Shown piece by piece: positions 7,970-15,522 of a stretch of DNA of 38,494 nt. The stretch lies in IMG/VR virus record IMGVR_UViG_3300028588_000051, positions 1-38,494 of that record, one strand, 5' to 3'. The notes beneath the pieces are model-generated. The model worked only from the letters and a program-made list of their open reading frames with translations, was not told the origin of the DNA and ran no database searches. The position numbers and the translations under genes are program-made. Positions within the stretch are counted from its first letter, which is position 1; each line of letters starts with the position of its first letter. The stretch is from a virus (Duplodnaviria > Caudoviricetes).

Positions 7970-8845
7970 GTGAGCGCAGAGCAGCAGCTCACCGAGCTCG
8001 AGGAACGCGTACTCGGTACGGTTCGCATCGGCGGGTGGCTCGCCGCCGTCAAAGAGTTGCGGGTGCTGCTCGCGATGGAGTCGCCCGGCATCCGACGCGC
8101 GCTGTTCGCGCTCTACGCGCCAAAGGTTGAGACGAGCACCCTCTCCGCCGTGGCCGAAGCGTTCGGGCTCGGCCGAGCCGATGCGCTCGAGATCATCGGC
8201 GACGACGCGGCCCGCGTCGCCAAGCGCACCAAGAGGAGCGTTCCAGGCAAGGGCGCGCGCGATCCGATTCGTGGGCTCGACAAGGCCGGCGTCGCCGCGC
8301 TGGGCGCCGCGGTCGCGCTGGCGAGGACCGGCGCTGAGCCGGCGACCTACCTCGCGCCGATCTTCGGGCATGCGGATGCCATCGAGCGACGCGTGTCCGA
8401 CGCAATCAACCGTGGCGGCAACGAGGGGGCGACACGCGTCGCCGACGTCGCGGGGCGGCCGACGGTGTGGGTCGCCGAGCGGAACGCGTGCGTTCACTGC
8501 CTCGCGTACGCCGGCCGCGTTGCCGAGCCGGGCGAGTCGTTCCCGGGCGGGCTGACGTATGGGAAGAAGAGCTACTACCCGAACGCGATCGCGACCCCGC
8601 CGCGCCACCCGCGTTGCCGTTGTACCGTCGAGCCGTTGCTCGACCAGAGCTACGCGGACGCGCTGAAGCGCGAGGCTGACCGGTCGATCCTCCGCGGCAT
8701 CTCGCTCGAGTCCGAGTCGATGGCGGTTCGCATCGACGCGGCGAAGCGATTGGTCGACGGTGGCGTGGTCGCACCGAAGAGCGTGATCGCGTTCGCGGAG
8801 CGTGCGATCAAGACGGGCAAATTCCCGACGCGAGGCCGGGTGTGA
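7970..8845 (+). CDS. MuF-like minor head/morphogenesis protein
   Basis: Follows portal; WVAERNACVHC...PPRHPRCRC motif. Confidence 0.8.
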   Translation: MSAEQQLTELEERVLGTVRIGGWLAAVKELRVLLAMESPGIRRALFALYAPKVETSTLSAVAEAFGLGRADALEIIGDDAARVAKRTKRSVPGKGARDPIRGLDKAGVAALGAAVALARTGAEPATYLAPIFGHADAIERRVSDAINRGGNEGATRVADVAGRPTVWVAERNACVHCLAYAGRVAEPGESFPGGLTYGKKSYYPNAIATPPRHPRCRCTVEPLLDQSYADALKREADRSILRGISLESESMAVRIDAAKRLVDGGVVAPKSVIAFAERAIKTGKFPTRGRV

Positions 8846-8886
8846 AATGCTACGATGTGGCGAACTGACCCCCGAAAGGTTGCCCC

Positions 8887-9714
8887 GTGGTTGCGTACGA
8901 GAACGGTAAGATCCCGCAAAGCCTTTTGCGACCAGTCTCCAACTTCGTCCCAATCGTGTCCGGGGTGTCCCGAGCAATTGGCTCTGACCTACTGCGCGAG
9001 GACGCTCACGCCGCCGTCACCTTGCTCCAAACGGCGTTCTTTCAGGGCTTCGAGCGACAGCTCAACATCTCCGAGGCGTACCGGACTTACGCGCGGCAGG
9101 AGTATTACTGGGATCTCTACCTCCGCGGAATCGGCAACCTTGCCGCACCGCCCGGAACCTCGAATCACGGCCTTGCTGTCTCGTGTGACTTCGGTTCTGG
9201 CGTAGGCACTTTCGGAAGTGCGGCGAAGTACTGGATGGACCGCAACGCGCCACGGTGGGGCTGGCACCCTACCGGTAACAAATTCCGCAAGCCCGAGGCC
9301 TGGCATTTTGACTTCATCCCGAACACCGCCACCGAGATCATCTCTGCGTCCTCGGGCGCGACCCCATTCCCCGACCAAGAAGAGGACGACATGTTCACCG
9401 ATGAGGACCGCAAGAAGCTGCAGGAGATGCACAACGCGATCTACGACCCGACCGCGGGCATCTTCGCCAGGACCAACACCGCCGCCGACCATGCCGTGGC
9501 CGGCCTCGCCGAGGCGAAGCTCGTGACCGGCGCCCTCCTCAAGGACGTCGACCCCGACACTGGACTCGTGGGGCTTCGCGGCTCCATCAAGGACATTCGT
9601 GCCAACGCGTACCAGGCGCGCGCCTCGGCTGGCAATATCGAGAGCATCCTCGCCGGCGCGGGTAATAGCATCCGGTCGATGGTCACCGCGATCAAGACCA
9701 AGCTCGGCGCGTAA
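8887..9714 (+). CDS. Endolysin, M15-family (VanY-like) Zn peptidase
   Basis: NGKIP, SEAYRTYARQ, AAPPGTSNHGLAVSCD and EAWH motifs; own RBS (GAAAGG) and -10 box TACGAT at 8851. Confidence 0.85.
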   Translation: MVAYENGKIPQSLLRPVSNFVPIVSGVSRAIGSDLLREDAHAAVTLLQTAFFQGFERQLNISEAYRTYARQEYYWDLYLRGIGNLAAPPGTSNHGLAVSCDFGSGVGTFGSAAKYWMDRNAPRWGWHPTGNKFRKPEAWHFDFIPNTATEIISASSGATPFPDQEEDDMFTDEDRKKLQEMHNAIYDPTAGIFARTNTAADHAVAGLAEAKLVTGALLKDVDPDTGLVGLRGSIKDIRANAYQARASAGNIESILAGAGNSIRSMVTAIKTKLGA

Positions 9715-9745
9715 CCCACCACCCCCGAAACCGTAAGGACACAGC

Positions 9746-10462
9746 ATGCCCACGCTCGACAACATCCACAAGATCGACCGCCCCTTCTGGGCCCGCCCCG
9801 GCTTCGTGTCGTTCGCCCCGAAAGACGACGACCTCGGCGGCGGCAAGGACGACGCTGACGACGAAGACGATGACGCGGACGACGAAGACGATGACGATGC
9901 GGACGACCTCGCCGACCTGAGCGACGACGAGCTGCGCGACGAGCTTCGGAAGACTCGCGAGTCGCTGTCGAAGGCGTCGGGCTCGTCGAAGTCCAAGCGC
10001 GACCGCATCAAGAAGCTGCAGGCCGAGCTCGCCGACGCGAAGAAGCCGAAGCCCGCGAAGAAGGACAGCGACGAAGACGATGACAAGCCGGATCTCGACT
10101 CAGTGCGCGCCGCCGCGAAGGCCGAGGCTCGCGCCGAAGCCGACGCGCGCATCGTCAAGGCCGAGGCTCGAGGCGCCCTCGCGTCGGCTGGCGTCGCCAA
10201 AGAGCGCGTTGCGCGTGCCGTGGGACTGCTCGACCTCAAGAGCATCGACGTCGACGATGACGGGGAGATCGACGGCCTCGACGACGCGATCGACGCGCTA
10301 AAGAAGGACTGGCCCGAGCTGTTCCCCGCCGAGCGCAAGCGTCGCAGCTCGGTCGCAGGCGACGACGACCGGGACGGCACCGCCGGTCGCCGCGGCAAGG
10401 GCAAGCCGACCACCGACGAGCTGCAGGCCGCTGCGCTGCTCGGACGTTCCGTTCGACGATGA
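9746..10462 (+). CDS. Capsid scaffolding protein
   Basis: Asp-rich N-terminus, coiled coil, AIDALKKDWPELF motif; upstream of capsid; AAGGA RBS. Confidence 0.88.
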   Translation: MPTLDNIHKIDRPFWARPGFVSFAPKDDDLGGGKDDADDEDDDADDEDDDDADDLADLSDDELRDELRKTRESLSKASGSSKSKRDRIKKLQAELADAKKPKPAKKDSDEDDDKPDLDSVRAAAKAEARAEADARIVKAEARGALASAGVAKERVARAVGLLDLKSIDVDDDGEIDGLDDAIDALKKDWPELFPAERKRRSSVAGDDDRDGTAGRRGKGKPTTDELQAAALLGRSVRR

Positions 10463-10638
10463 TTGAGCCAAAGCATTACGACGTTCTCACCAGGGCCGTC
10501 AAGCCCGCCAGGGTCGTTACCGTAGCTCGCGTCGGCTCGCTTGCCCGCGCTCGCGAGGTCGCCGAGGACATGAGGCGCATCGGTTTCGAAGTCATCATTG
10601 AGTGGAAAGAACCGCACAGCAAGCGCCGTAACATCTGA
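10459..10638 (+). CDS. 59-aa hypothetical protein (not in ORF track)
   Basis: ATGA overlap with the scaffold stop; MIEPKHYDVLTRAVKPARVVTVARVGSLARAREVAEDMRRIGFEVIIEWKEPHSKRRNI. Confidence 0.65.
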   Translation: MIEPKHYDVLTRAVKPARVVTVARVGSLARAREVAEDMRRIGFEVIIEWKEPHSKRRNI

Positions 10639-10752
10639 TACCCTCAGTGCAAGGCCCCTCCCGGCCCACACTCGCAACGAGTACGGTTCGCGTCCTGAAT
10701 CCGCGAACGGCACACAATCGTTGCCCGTCGTGGCAAGAGAGGGGCCTTTCAC
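10639..10752 (+). promoter_or_regulatory. Putative -10 box (TACCCT) and structured 5' UTR of the major capsid gene
   Basis: aaggcccctc 10651-10660 pairs perfectly with gaggggcctt 10739-10748 (the SD). Inner stems 10674-10680/10718-10724 and 10686-10692/10702-10708. Confidence 0.7.
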
Positions 10753-11709
10753 ATGGCTCGCAACAACCTGGACGGGACCGGCTGGCTCGTCGAGCAGCGC
10801 GACTCCAACCTCGCTAAGGCGTTCCGCGCGACCTCCGTCGTCGACTCCGAGTTCCGCCCGATCAACATGACGGCCAACACCGTCGAGATCCCGCGCATCG
10901 AGGACATGGACGTCGAGTTCATCGCTAAGGGCGCCGCCTACCCCGAGGACCAGTCTTCCGCCGACACGGTGAAGATCAGCGCCGCCAAGATCGGTGGCGC
11001 GCTTCGCATCGCCGAGGAGGACGTCGAGGACGACAAGCTCGCCGACTATGTGGGCGAGAAGAAGGCTTCCGCCGGCTCCTCGTTCGCCAAGAAGGTCGAC
11101 AATGCCGGCCTCGGTGTGACGGCCGCGCAGTCGGGTGTCACCGTCCCCTTCACCTCGCTCTACCGCACGCTCACCACTGCGGACACGTCGACCGGCTACG
11201 TCGCGAACCAGAACTACCTCGGCGGCACCGCGTTCAACGTCGACATCTTCTCGCAGATGCTCGCCACCCTCGAGGCCGGCGACTACTTCGACGACGGCAC
11301 CCTCGTCGCCATCGCCCACCCGTCGTTCCGCCGCGTGCTGCGCGACGCGAAGGACAACACCAACCGCCCGCTGTTCTACAGCGAGTACACGAACGGCGGC
11401 ACCCTCGACCGCATCCTCAACGTGCCTATCCGCTACACCACGGGCGCGAAGACGTCGGCCGCTCCGCAGACGAAGGTCACCGGCACCGGTGGCGCGAAGG
11501 GGGCCGCGGGTAACCCGCTGTTCGCTCTCGTGCAGAAGCCCCTCGCCGTCGTGGGTCGCCGCAAGTCGCTCGAGTCCGTCGTGATCCCCGGACGTGACGG
11601 CCTCTCGGCCCTCACCGACGAGGACATCCTGAAGGTGCGCGCTCGCATTGCGGTCGGTTACACCGTCCCCGAGGCTCACGCCATCTTCGAGCTCACGAAG
11701 AGCGCCTGA
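10753..11709 (+). CDS. Major capsid protein (HK97 fold)
   Basis: 318 aa after scaffold; KIGGALRIAEEDVED, LRDAKDNTNRPLF, ILNVPI and LKVRARIA motifs; strong codon bias. Confidence 0.93.
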   Translation: MARNNLDGTGWLVEQRDSNLAKAFRATSVVDSEFRPINMTANTVEIPRIEDMDVEFIAKGAAYPEDQSSADTVKISAAKIGGALRIAEEDVEDDKLADYVGEKKASAGSSFAKKVDNAGLGVTAAQSGVTVPFTSLYRTLTTADTSTGYVANQNYLGGTAFNVDIFSQMLATLEAGDYFDDGTLVAIAHPSFRRVLRDAKDNTNRPLFYSEYTNGGTLDRILNVPIRYTTGAKTSAAPQTKVTGTGGAKGAAGNPLFALVQKPLAVVGRRKSLESVVIPGRDGLSALTDEDILKVRARIAVGYTVPEAHAIFELTKSA

Positions 11710-11711
11710 CC

Positions 11712-12074
11712 ATGACGGCCGCAGAGTTGACGCCCAACGAGATCGTCGCGCAGAAGTCGGCCGACGTGGGCAAAGCGTCGTCCAGCGAGCACGTGAAGGT
11801 GTTCGTCGTCCTTTCGCCCGGCGCTGAGCCGAGCGAGAAGAACGGCTACGCGCACGAGGCGAACAAGGCCGCGACGCTGCAGTACATGATCTCGCAGGGC
11901 CTCCGCCCCACGGGTGACGTGCGACTCGTCTCGATCAAGGAGCACCGGAACGGCAAGGGCAACGTCTGGGACGTCACCTACGCTGTTCCGGCGGTCCCCG
12001 CCGAAGACTACGAGGGTGAGCCGGTCAAGGTTCTCGAGGACGGCGAAACCGCCCACGCGACCAAGGCCAAGTAG
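11712..12074 (+). CDS. Hypothetical protein, possibly head-associated
   Basis: Starts 2 nt after the capsid stop, same codon bias, followed by a hairpin. Confidence 0.75.
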   Translation: MTAAELTPNEIVAQKSADVGKASSSEHVKVFVVLSPGAEPSEKNGYAHEANKAATLQYMISQGLRPTGDVRLVSIKEHRNGKGNVWDVTYAVPAVPAEDYEGEPVKVLEDGETAHATKAK

Positions 12075-12092
12075 CACCACTCGTTCCACACT

Positions 12093-12124
12093 GGGGCGGC
12101 GATTCTTCGGGGGGTCGCCGCCCC
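12093..12124 (+). terminator. GC hairpin (attenuator or mRNA-stabilising)
   Basis: ggggcggcgattc-ttcg-gggggtcgccgcccc followed by tctctc; no strong U tract. Confidence 0.6.
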
Positions 12125-12145
12125 TCTCTCACGAAAGGCACGCGC

Positions 12146-12457
12146 ATGGCCGCTACGTCTTACAATCCTCAGCACAGCCCAACGGCCGTGGTTATTCATC
12201 CGCGCATCGCCGTCGAGTGGATCTGCGACCTGGACCACGAGCACGTTATTGAGTGTCTATGGGTATGGCACGACTGCGACCAGGTTCTCGGCGCAGAGTC
12301 AATCGCACCTGGCTCGACGTTCGGCTGGCGCCCAGCCGGTGTCGGCGCGCATGACCTGATCTCGGTTGAGCCATTGCATATCGAAGCGTCGGTGTATTGG
12401 CCCGAATGCTGCGGGATGCACGGCTGGATACGTGACGGTCAGTGGGTGGACGCGTGA
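12146..12457 (+). CDS. His/Cys metal-binding small protein (DUF6527-like C-terminus)
   Basis: GAAAGG RBS; WHDC...HDL...PLHIEASV...CCGMHGWIRDGQW. Family call is from memory of the motif only. Confidence 0.55.
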   Translation: MAATSYNPQHSPTAVVIHPRIAVEWICDLDHEHVIECLWVWHDCDQVLGAESIAPGSTFGWRPAGVGAHDLISVEPLHIEASVYWPECCGMHGWIRDGQWVDA

Positions 12458-12903
12458 GTACCGCAGAAGCGGACCAGTGGGCGACCATCACCGACGTTTC
12501 CGAGCTCACGCGCGTGAACGTCGACGCGACCACGCGCCGGCAGGCCGTCGCCAGCATCGAGGCGCTCGTCGGGCTCATCGAAGAGGTGCCGCGGCCGGAC
12601 GTCAGCGACCGTGACCGGTACTGGCTGAAGCTCGCCGTTTGCTACCAGGCCGCGTGGATCGACGCACAGCCCGATTACCTCGAGCGGAACGCCGTGTCGA
12701 GCGCGTCACAGTCGGGGCAGTCCGCCACCGGCGGCAATGCGGAATGGCTCTTGCTTGCTCCGAATGCGCGGAAAGCCATCAAGCGCCTGTCTTGGCGAGG
12801 GGTTCGCCCTCTCGCGATCGACGACCGCAGCACTTCCACTCGTCGCCGCGTCGACGTGACCAGCGAAGAGTACGACGACTCGCTCCCGTGGAGGCCGCTG
12901 TGA
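12454..12903 (+). CDS. Head-to-tail adaptor
   Basis: GTGA overlap; WATITDV...LKLAVCYQAAW...LAPNARKAI pattern and synteny. Confidence 0.75.
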   Translation: MSTAEADQWATITDVSELTRVNVDATTRRQAVASIEALVGLIEEVPRPDVSDRDRYWLKLAVCYQAAWIDAQPDYLERNAVSSASQSGQSATGGNAEWLLLAPNARKAIKRLSWRGVRPLAIDDRSTSTRRRVDVTSEEYDDSLPWRPL

Positions 12904-13253
12904 CGTTCCTCGCGACCGAACGCGTCGACGTGCAGCGCGGCACTACCACGAACGATCTTGGCGACGAGGTGGACAACCCGACGCCCGTCCTCGGCATGCA
13001 AGGCATTTCGGTGTCGATCATCGAGAAGAGTCGTCGCATCTTCGGGCAGGACTCGAGCGAAGACCGCACCGTCCGCTACGCCGATGGGCTTGCTCGACCC
13101 GGACTCGACTTCCGCGAGGGCGACCGGCTGATCTCGAAGCGTACCGGCCGCACGTGGTACGTGAACGAAGTCACCGGCGGAACTCGCACGATCGCGGGCT
13201 TTGCTGATCTAGTATTGGACCTACGGACCGGCAACAACCCCGTCAAGGGGTAA
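12900..13253 (+). CDS. Head-to-tail stopper
   Basis: GTGA overlap; RG...NDLGDEV...GDRL...TWYV; synteny. Confidence 0.75.
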   Translation: MTFLATERVDVQRGTTTNDLGDEVDNPTPVLGMQGISVSIIEKSRRIFGQDSSEDRTVRYADGLARPGLDFREGDRLISKRTGRTWYVNEVTGGTRTIAGFADLVLDLRTGNNPVKG

Positions 13254-13292
13254 CGGTCCACTTCACCTCAACCCGTCAAGGGAGGGCGCATC

Positions 13293-13586
13293 ATGGCTGT
13301 ACGCATCGTCATCAGTAGTGGCGCCGTACCCGGCCTCGAGTCCGCCCTCGCCGACAAGATGGAAGCCGTTGTCGGTCGCGTGGTGAAGAACGCTAAGCGT
13401 ATCGTGCCCGTCGATACGCACAACCTGCAGGACAACATCGAAGGCGAAGTCGGCCTCGAGGCAGGTAAGGTCATCGGTCGCGTCGGCACCGACGTCGAAT
13501 ACGGTCTTTACGTTGAGCAGGGCACATCTCGCATGGCCGCGCAGCCGTGGCTCCGTCCCGCGGCGCTGCAGGCGGGGGCACTCTAA
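13293..13586 (+). CDS. HK97 gp10-like tail completion protein
   Basis: AKRIVPVDTHNLQDNI...YGLYVEQGTSRMAAQPWLRPA signature. Confidence 0.88.
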   Translation: MAVRIVISSGAVPGLESALADKMEAVVGRVVKNAKRIVPVDTHNLQDNIEGEVGLEAGKVIGRVGTDVEYGLYVEQGTSRMAAQPWLRPAALQAGAL

Positions 13587-14023
13587 TGGCCGAACTCTAC
13601 CTCGCGGACGACGAGAAGGTCGCCGTCGCCTGGACGAAGCGTCTCGCGGGTATCGACCCGTCGCAGGTAGCCACGAACCTCCCCGCCCAGTCGCCTGGCT
13701 TCGTACAGATCCGCTCTCTCGTGTCGCGTACGGCCGACCGCGACATCAACGCCAAGCGCAACGGCTTCGTCACCTACGACCTCTGGGCCGTGTCCACCTC
13801 GTCGAAGCCGCAGTGGGGCGCAGCGTCGCAGCTCGCAGCCCTCTGCCGCGCCGGGATGGGCGAAGACCAGCCGTTCGGCCAAGACCTCGACCTCGGGGCC
13901 GCGTACCGGCCCGTCAGGGTGCAGGCGGTCTACGCCGAAACCGAGCCTCGCCGAGTCGACGGCGATGTCGCCGGCTACGCGCGCTACACGTTCGACGCCT
14001 TCGTGGATTGGATTCAAGGATGA
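13586..14023 (+). CDS. Tail terminator
   Basis: TAATG overlap; about 145 aa between the gp10-like gene and major tail; C-terminal ARYTF. Confidence 0.75.
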   Translation: MAELYLADDEKVAVAWTKRLAGIDPSQVATNLPAQSPGFVQIRSLVSRTADRDINAKRNGFVTYDLWAVSTSSKPQWGAASQLAALCRAGMGEDQPFGQDLDLGAAYRPVRVQAVYAETEPRRVDGDVAGYARYTFDAFVDWIQG

Positions 14024-14076
14024 GCGTCGACGAGGCCATTTCCGGCCACACCATCACCGAACGGAAGGGATCGACC

Positions 14077-14241
14077 ATGGCTACCACCAAGCACACGGTC
14101 AAGACCACCATCGCGCCGGACGAGGAAACCGTTCTCGCAAGCGACGCGGAGTACCACGACCTCAAGTCGTGGGGGCTGATCAAGGAGTACGTCTCCGGCC
14201 CCGACGCCAAGAAGTCAACCGACACCGAGAAGAAAGGCTGA
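14077..14241 (+). CDS. Small hypothetical virion-module protein
   Basis: GAAGGGA RBS; MATTKHTVKTTIAP...EYHDLKSWGLI. Confidence 0.7.
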   Translation: MATTKHTVKTTIAPDEETVLASDAEYHDLKSWGLIKEYVSGPDAKKSTDTEKKG

Positions 14242-14244
14242 CCC

Positions 14245-14793
14245 ATGGGCGTCACCGTCACCAACCTCCTGCAGGGCCCCGCGACCCTCTACCACGCCCC
14301 GTTCGGGTCGCCCGAGCCGATCACCGCCAACACGGCGTTCTCGGCCGCGTGGACCGACCTCGGCGGCACCAGCGACGGCGCCAAGTCGACCGTCGAGCTC
14401 GAGTACACCAAGAAGATGGTCGACCAGATCGTCGACGCGGCCGGCGCCACACTGACCAGCCGCAACGCGAAGATCGGCACGACCCTCGCTGAAGCGACGC
14501 TCGAGAACTGGGCACGCTCTCTCAACGAGCTGACCACCTCGTCGATCACCGACGGCAAGTTCACGCCGTCGAACGGCGTCCCCGGTGAACCGAACTACTC
14601 GGCCGTCGCGCTCAAGGGCCTCGGCCCGTCGGGCAAGCCGCGCATCGTCATCGTCCGCCGCGGCGTGCAGGTCGCCAACGTCGAGAGCGAGCACAAGAAA
14701 GACGGGATGCAGCTGCTCCCCGTCGAGTGGGAGGCGTACTTCGTGTCCGACTCCATCGCGCCGTTCGTCGTCATCGACAAGCAGACGCCGTAA
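14245..14793 (+). CDS. Major tail protein
   Basis: 182 aa; NLLQGPATLY, WTDLGGTSDG, VDQ and TTLAEATLEN motifs; upstream of the chaperone. Confidence 0.9.
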   Translation: MGVTVTNLLQGPATLYHAPFGSPEPITANTAFSAAWTDLGGTSDGAKSTVELEYTKKMVDQIVDAAGATLTSRNAKIGTTLAEATLENWARSLNELTTSSITDGKFTPSNGVPGEPNYSAVALKGLGPSGKPRIVIVRRGVQVANVESEHKKDGMQLLPVEWEAYFVSDSIAPFVVIDKQTP

Positions 14794-14795
14794 CA

Positions 14796-14826
14796 CCTCG
14801 CGGGGCGGTCGACCTGGCCGCCCCGC
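14796..14826 (+). terminator. GC hairpin after major tail; stem shared with 28735-28783
   Basis: gcggggcggtc-gacct-ggccgccccgc; no U tract. Confidence 0.6.
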
Positions 14827-14854
14827 TCCACTACCCCCGAAGGGAAACAACATC

Positions 14855-15211
14855 ATGGCTCGCACCAGCGACAAGCCCGCCGAACGCTTCTTGCCCGTCA
14901 AGATCGACACGGCTGCCTCGAAAAAAAAGCTCGACGACGCCGAACGCGTCGGCATCTTCGAGATCGACGGCACCGTCTACGACATGTCCACCGCCCAGCG
15001 TGCCGAGCTCGGCCTCGAGTACCTGCGACTCGTAAGCGAGCGCGGCGACGACGCGGCGGCCTACTACCTCATCAGCGAGGCGCTTGGCCGCGAGGCGTAC
15101 GCCGCTCTCGCCGCCGTCGAAGGGCTCGAGGCGAAGACGTTCGACGGGATCGTCGCCCGCATCCAGAAGGTCACGATGCCCGAGGGCAAGGCGCCCAAGG
15201 GAAAAGGCTAA
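14855..15211 (+). CDS. Tail assembly chaperone (G, short form)
   Basis: RBS GAAGGGA, ATG 14855; lies between major tail and tape measure; ends in G GGA AAA. Confidence 0.88.
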   Translation: MARTSDKPAERFLPVKIDTAASKKKLDDAERVGIFEIDGTVYDMSTAQRAELGLEYLRLVSERGDDAAAYYLISEALGREAYAALAAVEGLEAKTFDGIVARIQKVTMPEGKAPKGKG

Positions 15212-15522
15212 GGCGGATTCAGCTATGGGCATGGGCACTCGAGAACCTCGAGGACATCGAGAGCGACTTCTCGGTATTCCATCGGGTGCCCGACCCGGAG
15301 CTGCTCCCCGCCGACCGGTTCATTTCGCTCGCACAGCGCCTTCCGGCGTATAAGGGGATCGTCCGCATGAGAATCGAGATCGAGGCTAACGAGCCCAGCT
15401 CGTCGCCCAGTCACAGCCACAGCCACAGCGCGGGGCGTGAATCCGTGCGCGAGGTCAAAGCGACGAGCGCCCAGCTCGCAACCGACCCCGGCCTCGGCGG
15501 CTTCTTCGAGGTGGTCGTCTAA
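14855..15522 (+). CDS. Tail assembly chaperone (GT) via -1 programmed frameshift at GGGAAAA 15199-15205
   Basis: The -1 frame is open from 15205 (RLRRIQLWAWALENLEDIESDFSVFHRV...) to TAA 15522, which overlaps the tape measure ATG. Confidence 0.88.

Noticed and set aside
9824-9945. GACGAC-type tandem repeats
   Set aside because: They simply encode the Asp-rich scaffold N-terminus.
10651-10748. Cloverleaf as a tRNA gene
   Set aside because: No T-loop TTCRA, D-loop GG, 7-nt anticodon arm or CCA geometry; better explained as a 5' UTR.
8989-11679. 896-aa minus-strand ORF, plus other long antisense ORFs such as 25551-27416, 7799-8977 and 31632-32990
   Set aside because: Shadow frames of strongly GC3-biased genes on the opposite strand; no motifs, RBS or operon fit.
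13236-13284. Short duplication aacc(c)cgtcaaggg at the stopper 3' end and the next RBS
   Set aside because: Only two short copies; most simply a local duplication of an RBS region.
15411-15429. cacagc triple repeat (SHSHSHS)
   Set aside because: Short in-frame microsatellite in a flexible chaperone tail; no evidence of phase variation.
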